NCBI GenBank assembly: GCA_964428745.1
Contig: CAYRYZ010000001.1
Location: forward strand, 13,396-77,395
Direction of reading: 5' to 3'
From: an uncultured bacterium
GTDB taxonomy: Bacteria > Fidelibacterota > Marinisomatia > Marinisomatales > TCS55
DNA length: 64,000 nt
The position numbers were made by a program, and so were the translations under genes. Positions 52,187-61,600 of this stretch are shown here, piece by piece (the first letter of the stretch is position 1; every line of letters starts with the position of its first letter). The notes under the pieces are model-generated. The model did no database searches, was not told the DNA's origin, and saw only the letters and a program-made list of their open reading frames with translations.

Positions 52187-52231
52187 GGGGGTATTATACG
52201 TACAAGTACGTCAAGACGTACGAATACCCCT
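52187..52231 (-). promoter_or_regulatory. Compound hairpin with mutually exclusive inner stems in the 5' region of the TonB receptor gene
   Basis: The outer stem GGGGTATT (52188-52195) / AATACCCC (52223-52230) encloses three ACGTAC-type segments. ACGTAC-AA-GTACGT (52198-52211) and GTACGTC-AA-GACGTAC (52206-52221) share the middle arm. The structure lies 55-100 nt upstream of the ATG at 52133. Confidence 0.45.
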
Positions 52232-52410
52232 CTTACCTCATTCTGGAACATAATAGTTTTTTTTTAAGGGTTACAAAGCTTTTTTTAAAAAAAAAATTAC
52301 AGTGTATTGTACTACATTTATAATGGCCATTATCGTCAATAGATTGATGATTTTAAATTTTACAAACAGCATTTATTTTAAACAATGCGTGATTATTTTT
52401 ATTAATAAAA

Positions 52411-52426
52411 TGTGATTAAAGTCACA
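52411..52426. promoter_or_regulatory. Perfect CRP-type palindrome TGTGA-N6-TCACA
   Basis: TGTGATTAAAGTCACA at 52411-52426, in the 354-nt intergenic region upstream of the TonB receptor operon (278 nt from its ATG). Confidence 0.4.
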
Positions 52427-52487
52427 AAATCTAAGATTATAGTTTTTAGAGTAAAACAATTATTGAAACTTTGGATAGGGCTCTCAA

Positions 52488-53201
52488 TTAAAATGTAATT
52501 AACATCCATGAAGCCATTAATAACATGATACTATTTTCAACTATTGTTGCTGTTGTCATCGGTAAATTTAATGCCGTGCCCAAGCAAGCACATTGGATCG
52601 ATTTTTTGTTTATTAATGAGCGCACTACTCCAAAGGTTGTCGCGCCAAGAATAACTAATGTAATTAATAAGGATAGATATAGTTCTGTTCTCATAAGAAA
52701 GGCCAATCCTAATAAACTTTCAATAAAGGGGTAAAGCCAACCGTATACTGGTATTATTTGAGCAATAGGATCATATATTTTAAATGTTTTGGGGAAATTT
52801 CTATAGTCTAGAAATTTAAAAAAACTGAAGACAATATAGAAAAGTCCCATAAAATCAAACATAACATCTGTCAGGTTTATATTTGATCTATTGATTAACA
52901 AAGTAGATACTGTTATATAGAAGAAAATCAGATATAATGGGAAAAGTTTTGTTGAATTACCCTCTGATCTTTTTTCTGCATCATTATCATTTTCAGAATT
53001 CCCCTCTATTAGCGTTGCTTCATAGCCTGCATTATGAATTGCCTTGGCAAGAGCCTTAGGTGTAGCATTGCCGTCAATAACTGCTCTATTTTGATTTAGA
53101 TTTACAACTACTTTTGAAACTCCTTCTACCTGATAAAGTGCTCTTTCAATCGTGGAAACACATGCGTCACAATGCATTCCTTTTATATGTAATTCTGCCA
53201 A
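52488..53201 (-). CDS. Heavy-metal-associated (HMA) domain fused to a MauE/DoxX-like four-TM membrane domain
   Basis: N-terminal HIKGMHCDACVSTIERAL (MxCxxC ferredoxin-like HMA). C-terminal multi-TM region with a SIQCACLGTALNLP Cys motif reminiscent of the MauE family. Confidence 0.55.
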   Translation of the reverse strand: MAELHIKGMHCDACVSTIERALYQVEGVSKVVVNLNQNRAVIDGNATPKALAKAIHNAGYEATLIEGNSENDNDAEKRSEGNSTKLFPLYLIFFYITVSTLLINRSNINLTDVMFDFMGLFYIVFSFFKFLDYRNFPKTFKIYDPIAQIIPVYGWLYPFIESLLGLAFLMRTELYLSLLITLVILGATTFGVVRSLINKKSIQCACLGTALNLPMTTATIVENSIMLLMASWMLITF

Positions 53202-53219
53202 TTAAATACCCTTAATAAA

Positions 53220-53702
53220 TTATATAAGTAAGAATGGATCTCCTGAAGAAACGATCCCCGCCTTAATCACGCGAGCATACCACCCTCTTCGTTTCATCAA
53301 TGTTTTGATGAAAGTTGAAACTTTCTCTTCACCTACATAAGGTAAAACATTCAAATTTGAGCAGGGGTTGCAAATAATTGAAATCTCCAGCTCAGCTTGA
53401 CCAACTGTATAGTGTTGCCCAGGTTTAATCGTTCTGTAATCAATATTGGTCAGAGTCAGGTTTTCCCCTAAATCCCCAGGCTTTACAGGCCAGCCCTCAT
53501 TATTTAACTCTTCTAGTATATCCTTTGAAATAAGCATAATAGCCATCTCAGGATCATTGTTTTTTTTATTGAATCTAAACCGATTATAATCACCTTCAAT
53601 GCCTGAGGATAAAATCTGTCCTGAATCTATAGGAATCTTGGGCAGTCCAACCTCGCCCGGTGTATTCGGTTTTACATTAATTTGAAAAACTGAGGATGCC
53701 AT
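53220..53702 (-). CDS. MOSC domain protein (YiiM-like)
   Basis: KPGDLGENLTLTNID, the conserved Cys in ISIICNPCSNL, and RRGWYARVIKAGIVSSGD. Confidence 0.7.
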   Translation of the reverse strand: MASSVFQINVKPNTPGEVGLPKIPIDSGQILSSGIEGDYNRFRFNKKNNDPEMAIMLISKDILEELNNEGWPVKPGDLGENLTLTNIDYRTIKPGQHYTVGQAELEISIICNPCSNLNVLPYVGEEKVSTFIKTLMKRRGWYARVIKAGIVSSGDPFLLI

Positions 53703-53830
53703 TTGTGTTTACTCCTTAAGCCTAAAAGAATTTAATTGTAATTATAGGTTTTACACTAAATTATCCATGCTTCAATAGTCCCATAGTTTTAACTTTCGAA
53801 AATATAATTCATTATAAGAGGAGTAATTTC

Positions 53831-56380
53831 ATGAAACGGTTATCTATATTTTTATTTATTGGCGCAATATATTGTCAACAAACAGTTGAACTCCCAATGA
53901 AGTTACCGGGCATTCGATATAGTCCGGCTATTTCCAAACCTGAAGAGGTTTTAGGTCATAGAGTGGGAACTCGCCATACACGGACTGACCAAGTTGTTGA
54001 TTACTTCGAAGCTATCGCAGATCAAAGCGAACGAGTTATATTAGATGATCACGCACTAACCCACGAGGGTCGACGATTAATTCATGCCATTGTTACTCAC
54101 CCTGATAATCATAAAAAACTGGAATCTATCCGACAGGCAAACCTTAGTTTATCTGATACTCCTAAAAAAATTAAAGATTCTGATATGAATAAAATGCCCA
54201 TGGTCGCCTATCTAGGGTTCTCAATTCATGGCGATGAAGCAAGTGGAACTGAAGCTTCATTGCTTTTATTATATCATTTAGCCGCCGGTACGGGTAAAGA
54301 AATTGATAATATATTAAAAAATACCGTTTTGATTGTTGATCCTATGTTTAATCCTGATGGTCGGGATCGATTTGTTAATTGGGTAAATGGTAATCGGGGT
54401 GCAGTTCCATCTTCAGATACCCAAGATAGAGAACATAATCAACCGTGGCCAAGAGGCAGAACCAACCATTATCTTTTTGACATGAACCGTGATTGGATGC
54501 CTGTTACCCAACCTGAATCTAATGGCAGAATAAAATTATTTCACCACTGGCGACCTCAATTCCTTCTTGATGCTCACGAGATGGGCGCTAATTCTACATT
54601 CTTCTTTCAGCCTGGAATCCCAAGTAGAAATAACCCAAATACCCCTCAAGGAACTATTGATTTAGCCAATAAACTTGCGCCCTTCCATGCCAAACGTTTA
54701 GACGATATTCAATCCATGTATTATTCTCAACAATCCTATGATGATTTTTATTATGGGAAGGGTTCATCTTTTGGTGATATACATGGGTCTGTCGGTATTT
54801 TATTTGAACAAGCCTCATCAAGAGCACTTGAAACTGATACCAACCAAGGACGACTCACTTATGCATTTACTGTTAGAAATCACTTCATGTCTACCTTAGG
54901 AACCTTGGATGGATTGGTTAGCCTTAGGAAGGACTTTTTACGTTATCATCGTGATTTTTACGCAACATCTACCAATGCTGCAAAGAAAAATACCGTCAAA
55001 GGATACCTTGTTGATCTCAAAGAGAATAGAACTCGCGCACAAATGCTGGTCCAGAACCTACAAAAACACAGAATTTTAGCGTATGAGCTAAAAAAGTCAA
55101 TTAATGTTAACAAAATGAAATATCTTCCTGGTGAAGCTATCGTAATCCCAACAAATCAACCCCAAACTCGTTTTTTAAAAGGAGTTATGGAAAAAGTTAC
55201 CACGTTCGAAGACTCACTCTTTTATGACGTGTCAGCCTGGACCCTTCCTCTAGCATATGGCGTTAAAACATTTGAGCTTAAACAAAACCCTGTTGCATAC
55301 ATGGGCGCACAACTAGAACCTGTCTCACTAGACGGAGGAGATGTTATTGGTGGAAGGGCAAAGTCCGCTTATCTAATGAAGTGGAACCGTTATTATGCAC
55401 CTAAAAGCTTATATACTATTATGAATGCCGGTATTAGACCACGATTGACAACCGAGCCCTTTTCAGCAATAATTGGCGGAAAAGAAGTAAAGTTTGACAG
55501 AGGAACAATCGTTATACCCGTACATCAAAGAGATGCTGATGCGAATATCACCGAAACAGAAATATATAGAATGATGACAACTTTAGCTGAAAAAGACCAT
55601 GTTACTATTTATGCTTCTAATTCTGCATCTACTCCTACTGGACCTGATCTAGGAGGAGCTTTCCAAGCCGTGCTAGAGAAACCAAAGCTGGCTATCTTGT
55701 CAGGTGATGGAACATCATCATATGGTGTTGGTGAAATCTGGCATCTAATGAATTATAGGATGGGCATGCCTGTATCGTTACTAAATGCAAAAAAACTTAA
55801 TATTTCTAAACTATCAAAGTATAATACCATTGTTTTACCTGATGGAGGTTATGGCAATCTCGATACAACTGATATTACGGCCTTAAAAGACTGGATTAAG
55901 AACGGTGGGGCACTAATTTCAATTCAGAGTGGTTCCAAATGGGTGGTTAATAAGAAAATTGTTAATGAAAAGATTCAAAAGCCTTCGAAACAGGCTCTTG
56001 ATATACCTTATGATCAAGTTAGAATGGTCACAGGGGGTCAACGAATCGGAGGAGCAATTTTTGAGGTTGAATTAGATAATACACATCCGATTGGCTATGG
56101 ATATAACAAAAAGGCACCCGTATTCCGAAGAGGCGAAACCTTCTTTGATTTATCAACAAGTTCGGCAGCTAATGTAGCTCGATACACGAATAAACCTCTT
56201 CTTAGCGGATATATATCCGAGGAAAAACTAATTAAAATGAAGAATACAGCTTCTATAATTGCGAGGAGAGAGGGATCGGGCCACATTATTTTGTTTGCGG
56301 ATAATCCTTCTTTTCGTGCCTTCTGGTATGGCACGAATGGATTATTACTAAATGCAGTATTCTTTGGACGATCCTTTTAA
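53831..56380 (+). CDS. M14 family zinc carboxypeptidase, large secreted form (849 aa)
   Basis: Signal peptide. Zinc-ligand motif SIHGDEASGTEA (HxxE), NPDGRDR, DAHEMG. Long C-terminal extension. Confidence 0.8.
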   Translation: MKRLSIFLFIGAIYCQQTVELPMKLPGIRYSPAISKPEEVLGHRVGTRHTRTDQVVDYFEAIADQSERVILDDHALTHEGRRLIHAIVTHPDNHKKLESIRQANLSLSDTPKKIKDSDMNKMPMVAYLGFSIHGDEASGTEASLLLLYHLAAGTGKEIDNILKNTVLIVDPMFNPDGRDRFVNWVNGNRGAVPSSDTQDREHNQPWPRGRTNHYLFDMNRDWMPVTQPESNGRIKLFHHWRPQFLLDAHEMGANSTFFFQPGIPSRNNPNTPQGTIDLANKLAPFHAKRLDDIQSMYYSQQSYDDFYYGKGSSFGDIHGSVGILFEQASSRALETDTNQGRLTYAFTVRNHFMSTLGTLDGLVSLRKDFLRYHRDFYATSTNAAKKNTVKGYLVDLKENRTRAQMLVQNLQKHRILAYELKKSINVNKMKYLPGEAIVIPTNQPQTRFLKGVMEKVTTFEDSLFYDVSAWTLPLAYGVKTFELKQNPVAYMGAQLEPVSLDGGDVIGGRAKSAYLMKWNRYYAPKSLYTIMNAGIRPRLTTEPFSAIIGGKEVKFDRGTIVIPVHQRDADANITETEIYRMMTTLAEKDHVTIYASNSASTPTGPDLGGAFQAVLEKPKLAILSGDGTSSYGVGEIWHLMNYRMGMPVSLLNAKKLNISKLSKYNTIVLPDGGYGNLDTTDITALKDWIKNGGALISIQSGSKWVVNKKIVNEKIQKPSKQALDIPYDQVRMVTGGQRIGGAIFEVELDNTHPIGYGYNKKAPVFRRGETFFDLSTSSAANVARYTNKPLLSGYISEEKLIKMKNTASIIARREGSGHIILFADNPSFRAFWYGTNGLLLNAVFFGRSF

Positions 56381-56416
56381 CTTAAATATAATATCTTTAT
56401 TATACAGTTTATTGAT

Positions 56417-56893
56417 TTAGTACGAACGAATACGATTCTCAAATTCTGTCTTTAAATCATTTGAAAATGATTTAACGCGTTTTTTGGTTATTTCGCTCGT
56501 CGGGATTTCAATCCAATCTGATGAGCCCTTATAACGCCCATATGACTGTACTATTGAGCGAACGTTATACATTTCACCCCCACTCCCTTTCATTCTAGCC
56601 TCAAGCGTTAATTTATATCTCACTTCTTCTATGCCAGATAAGACTTCTTCATTAGAAATGGCTGGATATTCATATTTACAGTCAATAATAGCGCCAGAAC
56701 CACGATCCTCGGTGCGATCTACCACATACCGAGAACGATTGAGTATTCTACTCGATATCGTAGTAAAATCATCCATAGTAGCTGTTCCGACAGTTAATCG
56801 ATAATCCCGAACAGCTGTTGAGGATGCAACCCCAGAGCATGCATAAAGTAATAAAAATACAAAACTTAGAATTGTAACTAGTTTTTTACTCAT
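56417..56893 (-). CDS. Hypothetical lipoprotein (158 aa)
   Basis: Lipobox LLLYACS. No family recognised. Downstream of SusD on the same strand, apparently with its own promoter-like region. Confidence 0.45.
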   Translation of the reverse strand: MSKKLVTILSFVFLLLYACSGVASSTAVRDYRLTVGTATMDDFTTISSRILNRSRYVVDRTEDRGSGAIIDCKYEYPAISNEEVLSGIEEVRYKLTLEARMKGSGGEMYNVRSIVQSYGRYKGSSDWIEIPTSEITKKRVKSFSNDLKTEFENRIRSY

Positions 56894-56917
56894 AATAGTA
56901 CCCTTATTTTATATAGA

Positions 56918-56945
56918 GAGAAGGCTCTGAAATTTCAGAGCCTTC
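56918..56945. promoter_or_regulatory. Perfect 28-nt palindrome (14-bp arms) between SusD and the lipoprotein gene
   Basis: AGAAGGCTCTGAAA/TTTCAGAGCCTTCT. The T-rich flank is on the plus strand only, although both neighbouring genes are on the minus strand. It lies 25 nt upstream of the lipoprotein ATG. Confidence 0.5.
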
Positions 56946-56961
56946 TTTTATATCAATTTGT

Positions 56962-57033
56962 TATACACAAAAGTGTATGATTAGTGTATAGTTTGAATGT
57001 TATTAATACACATCCCCTATACACCTAATACAC
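56962..57033. repeat. Cluster of six ATACAC/GTGTAT hexamers
   Basis: TATACAC 56962-56968, GTGTAT 56973-56978, GTGTATA 56984-56990, ATACAC 57007-57012, TATACAC 57018-57024, ATACAC 57028-57033. On the minus strand several read GTGTATAA/GTGTATTA, resembling the GTGTATAAT element upstream of the small membrane genes. Confidence 0.5.
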
Positions 57034-57035
57034 AA

Positions 57036-58673
57036 TTAGTGTAAGTCCGCGTCTACAAGCGGTGTAACTTTGTCAAACTCAATCATAAACCCTCGAGAAC
57101 GAAAACCATTATTGAGGATCTTACCTGCTGTTCCTGGCTGACCTATATTATCTTGGCCACCAAAGGTATAGTTATCCATTAATAGGATTTCAAGTTCTTT
57201 CCCTGGGATAGCTAAATGAGTTGGTGTACCAGGCAGTAAGTCGCCCCAACCACGTTTATTCATATATCCCGTATAAGGGTGAATTAAACAATTTTCAATC
57301 ATAGCCTCATATTTATACTTTGACCAAAGCGATCCACCATCCATAGCATTGGGTTGATCCGTAGAGGCACCTGCTCCATCTGCAGCAGTTGCTGCAGCTA
57401 AGCCACCATTTGTTACACGGCTATTATTTATAAGAGTTGCTGCAGTAGCTGCATCTCCTCCTCGGAGAGCTGCTTCAGCTAGCAATAAATCAAGCTCAGC
57501 CTGAGTTACATCATGCATTGGCCCTTGTAGACCCGCATCAACTGCATAATCCCTATTCCTGTTGAATAGATAAAATGTTTGATGATACGTACCACGAGAA
57601 GCGATTAAACGAGTTCTATACTCATTTTTAGCATAAAGACCTTGGGTTTGCTTGCCATCAGCATCAAGCGGTCCTGTAATACGCTTATCGTCGGTTTCCA
57701 TAGTGTAGGCTTTACGATCTGCAACAGGTTTGGCTAGCCAATCTGCATAGCCAGATGATTTATCAGCGGGTCCAAGCATTTTATAGTCCGAACGACCCCA
57801 ACTCGGTGAAACACCACAGTAATACTGTGTACGTGACCACCAGTACTCTCCATCACCCACAGGGGCAAAGGGAACACCTTGTGATGCATGACTTTTAACT
57901 GATGCCCAATCAACAGTACCACGTTCTTGTGCTGTTCTTGATACACCAGCAGTCCATCGAGCAACAAGACCATGTGTAATTTTTGCTAAATCAGCCATAG
58001 TTAAACCAGCAATATGCATCCAATCCTCAGGGATAGTTAAAGATGCATTCGCATTCGCGTCTGTAATAACAGCATTAAGCGCCGTAATAGCACTTTTCAT
58101 ATGATCTGTATATGCTGATAATTCGGGAGTCTTACTAAAGTCCGTTGTTTCATCAACATAAAAGCCTTGGTCATAATAGACAGCAACCATGGCATTAGAT
58201 GCACCCATTACGAAGTTAGCGAATATTTCAGCTCGTTTATCATCGTCTGCTGTAGCCAAAAAGTTATTTCCACCTTCTTGACCCGCTTTTAATGAAGCTA
58301 AGCCGTCTTTAGCAGCCGAAATTGCGCCATACCAATAGTACCATGGCTCCTCAAGAGCATAGGCATAATTCCATGCGGGGCTATTATTTACTGCCGCTCG
58401 AGGCTCAGAAGCCATTTCGCGCATTCCATAGTTACCCCAAGATGAGGTATTGGCATCTGCCATAACTCCAGGATTAAACGATCCTCCTGTGACATGAATA
58501 CCTTGCCAAAACGACAAGAATGTACTCTTAATCAGCGACTCTACATCTTCGGGTGAAGCGAGAGCACGAGCCTGGTCAGGTGCATTGGTATTGCTCACAT
58601 CTAAATCGGCACAGCCGTTCAGAGATAGAACAACAAACATTGCAAGACTCATTATTTTTTTTGTAATAGTCAT
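57036..58673 (-). CDS. SusD/RagB family nutrient-binding outer-membrane lipoprotein
   Basis: Lipobox LSLNGCAD. 545 aa, helical and TPR-like. Located 18 nt downstream of a SusC-type receptor. Characteristic LLLAEAALRGGD segment. Confidence 0.8.
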   Translation of the reverse strand: MTITKKIMSLAMFVVLSLNGCADLDVSNTNAPDQARALASPEDVESLIKSTFLSFWQGIHVTGGSFNPGVMADANTSSWGNYGMREMASEPRAAVNNSPAWNYAYALEEPWYYWYGAISAAKDGLASLKAGQEGGNNFLATADDDKRAEIFANFVMGASNAMVAVYYDQGFYVDETTDFSKTPELSAYTDHMKSAITALNAVITDANANASLTIPEDWMHIAGLTMADLAKITHGLVARWTAGVSRTAQERGTVDWASVKSHASQGVPFAPVGDGEYWWSRTQYYCGVSPSWGRSDYKMLGPADKSSGYADWLAKPVADRKAYTMETDDKRITGPLDADGKQTQGLYAKNEYRTRLIASRGTYHQTFYLFNRNRDYAVDAGLQGPMHDVTQAELDLLLAEAALRGGDAATAATLINNSRVTNGGLAAATAADGAGASTDQPNAMDGGSLWSKYKYEAMIENCLIHPYTGYMNKRGWGDLLPGTPTHLAIPGKELEILLMDNYTFGGQDNIGQPGTAGKILNNGFRSRGFMIEFDKVTPLVDADLH

Positions 58674-58691
58674 TTTTATACTCTCCTTTCC

Positions 58692-61600
58692 TTAAAAGTC
58701 AACGTCTAGCGTGAATGAGAAGGTGCGGTAATTTGGATATGTGTATGAATCCACACGCGCATTAACCGCAGATCCTAATTGACCACCGCCACGACCCACT
58801 TCAGGGTCATAGCCTTTATATTTAGTCCAGGTCATTAAATTTCTCCCAACAATACCTACATTTAAACCGCTCACACCAAATCCACGAAGATCAAGGAGGC
58901 TTGCTACATTGAATTTCACGGCTAATTCTCTAAGCTTGAGATAAGAACCGTCTTCAACATAGAAGTCATTCGGTGCATTCACATGGTATAGATCACGGTA
59001 ATAGATGGTTGGTTTTTTAAGACCATCCTCTTTACCATACTGATCTACATCGCCAGTGGCTGCTTCACGAGCTCCCCATTGACGAGTATGATTATAAATG
59101 TTACCTCCGCTTTGCCCATCAAATAGCGCAAATACCGTGAGTCCCTGAACGCGTAGATTTGCATTAAATGCATATCCAAAATCAGAGACTGAAGTACCAA
59201 TCTGATGAATTTTATTACCATCTGAATCTACATACTGAACTGGACGGCCCCAGTTATAAGTTTGGCTCATTCCGCTACTGGTTTTACCCCATAGTGTATT
59301 AGTTATACCATCTTTGTATGTATTACCATCTCCAACCCAAACTAAATAACCATCATCATTTACTTGAAATTGCGACGAGCTAGCTTGATCTGCTTCAGGT
59401 AGATGGCTGGTGTCTGTTGCCCATTTTGTTCCCCAAAAGGATGCATACTGACTACCTTCCTTCATGTAGAAAATTTTGGGCCCACCAGCGCTATAAAGAT
59501 ACGATGGCATCTTAAAGCTTGTGATATTATGATCATACTTGTCCCAATTAAAACCAGCAGACAAGGACATGTCTCTAGTGTTGATAATTGACGCGTTCAG
59601 AGATATTTCTGTTGCTTCAGCTTCAAGCGTACCTGCGTTTCTCCACTGAGCGCTATATCCATAAAATCCGGCTAGGGGAACAGGAAGCAATTGATCTTCA
59701 TTCACTGTTGTGGATTGAGTGATCTCAACAGAGAGTCTATCCATTACACTAAAATCAACACCCATCTCAGTTTCTGTCGTGGTTTGAGGCTTAAGATCCA
59801 CGTTACCCAAAGCGCCTTTTGAGATGTTTCCACCTGCTACAGACCATACTTCATATTGCTGTGAGAAAGCTGGACGAACACCGGCAGTTCCATGGCTGAA
59901 ACGAACCTTAAATTCAGGGAGAATTCCACTGAGTGCGCCCCAATAGGCTTCTTCACTCATACGATACGCACCACTAAACTTATAATAGTTATTAATTCGG
60001 TTTTCAGGCCCAAACAATGAACTACGATCCTGACGTAGTGTTACATCCAGAATATATCGGTCTAAGAGGTCCATTTGTGCACCGCCAGAAAACCCATCTG
60101 AATTAATCTTTTGATTTGATGAGCCTACAGACTTATCCGCACCTGTTTCCAGCTGAGGGACATCTGCTACTGCTAAGTTCCAAGCATTCCCACTGCGATA
60201 ATTGTAATTATAAGCTTCGTAGTTGTATCGTCCTTTAGCAATTAAGGCCATTCCACCAAGCTGTGTGGCATAAGTCATTCCTACGTCACCGTTGATCGAC
60301 TGTTCGCTTCGGTTAGATTTCGTCAAATTACCATCATTATAGTTTGGGCTTGGCGTAACTGTTTTCCAGCCTTTTGGATAATAATTTTTCCAAACTCGAT
60401 TAGATCGATCAAAGCTTAAGGATCCAACCACTCTTAGCTGAGGCATAATCGCCCAGCTGAAGTTTGAGCCTAAAAGAGTACGATCTCTTGTGTTTAATCT
60501 TTCATTATTTGCAATCTGATAGATAGGGTTTGCCTCTTCAGCATTGCGCGGGTCAGGTTGAATATAATAGTCTCCATCCGGACCTTTTTTCAAAATATCC
60601 ACATCCCATGGGAAAAAAGTCACATCAAAAAATGACCCTGAATTAGTTTCTTCCTTAAATGACTTCGAAAGCAAGGAGCTAAAGCCTAATTTGATACCAT
60701 AGGGAAGATTAATATCAGTATTTAGTCTGAATGTATTCCTATTAAATCCTTCAATATATTTTCCAAAAACACCATCTTCTTTATGATTATTAAGACTTAC
60801 AAAAACATTAAAGGCTTCTCCATTACGACTCATTGAAAAGTTATGTTTTGTATAATTACCATCAGAGAACATTGCTGCCATATGATCATACCCAGGGCGC
60901 CCACCATTGTCAGGAAGCAGTTCTGGAGAACCACTGCCAGCTTCACCTGTTGCTGAATACTTATATGGCTGATCGGCAAAATAATAACCGGCTGCCCAGC
61001 TACTATCTGAATAATTTACCACATCGGGGTTTTTCGTTGCATCACGAGGGTCATAAGGAAGACCGTCAGTTGCATCAACAAAATATCCTGTAGAGGGATC
61101 GGTTTTATACCAGTGAGAACCATTTGTTTCAATCGAGCCAGCAAGCTGATTATAGCCCTGCTCCATCTTGTAATTGAAACGAGTTTGGCCTAAGCCAACT
61201 TCGGAACCACGTTTGGTCGTAATAGCAATAACACCATTCGCTGCACGAGCGCCATATTCTGAGGCGCCTGCAGCACCTTTAATGATCTCAATATTTTGCA
61301 CGTCGTCAGGGCTAATATCGCCCATGGGGCTTCCTGAAATGGATGGGTCAATAATAATACCATCAACGATATAAAGTGGTGCTTGCGAACGACCGCTAGC
61401 ATTAATGCTAGTTGCTCCACGCAACTGAACAGAGGCAGCATAGCCTGGTTCACCAGTTGATTTAACAACTTTTACACCAGCTGATTTACCGCGAATCATA
61501 GATTCTACTGTTGTTGCAGGGGCCATTTCAAGGACCTCTCTATCAATTTTATCAATAGCAAACGGTGTCTTGGTTTTTGTTAGCGCTCCGGCCACCCCTG

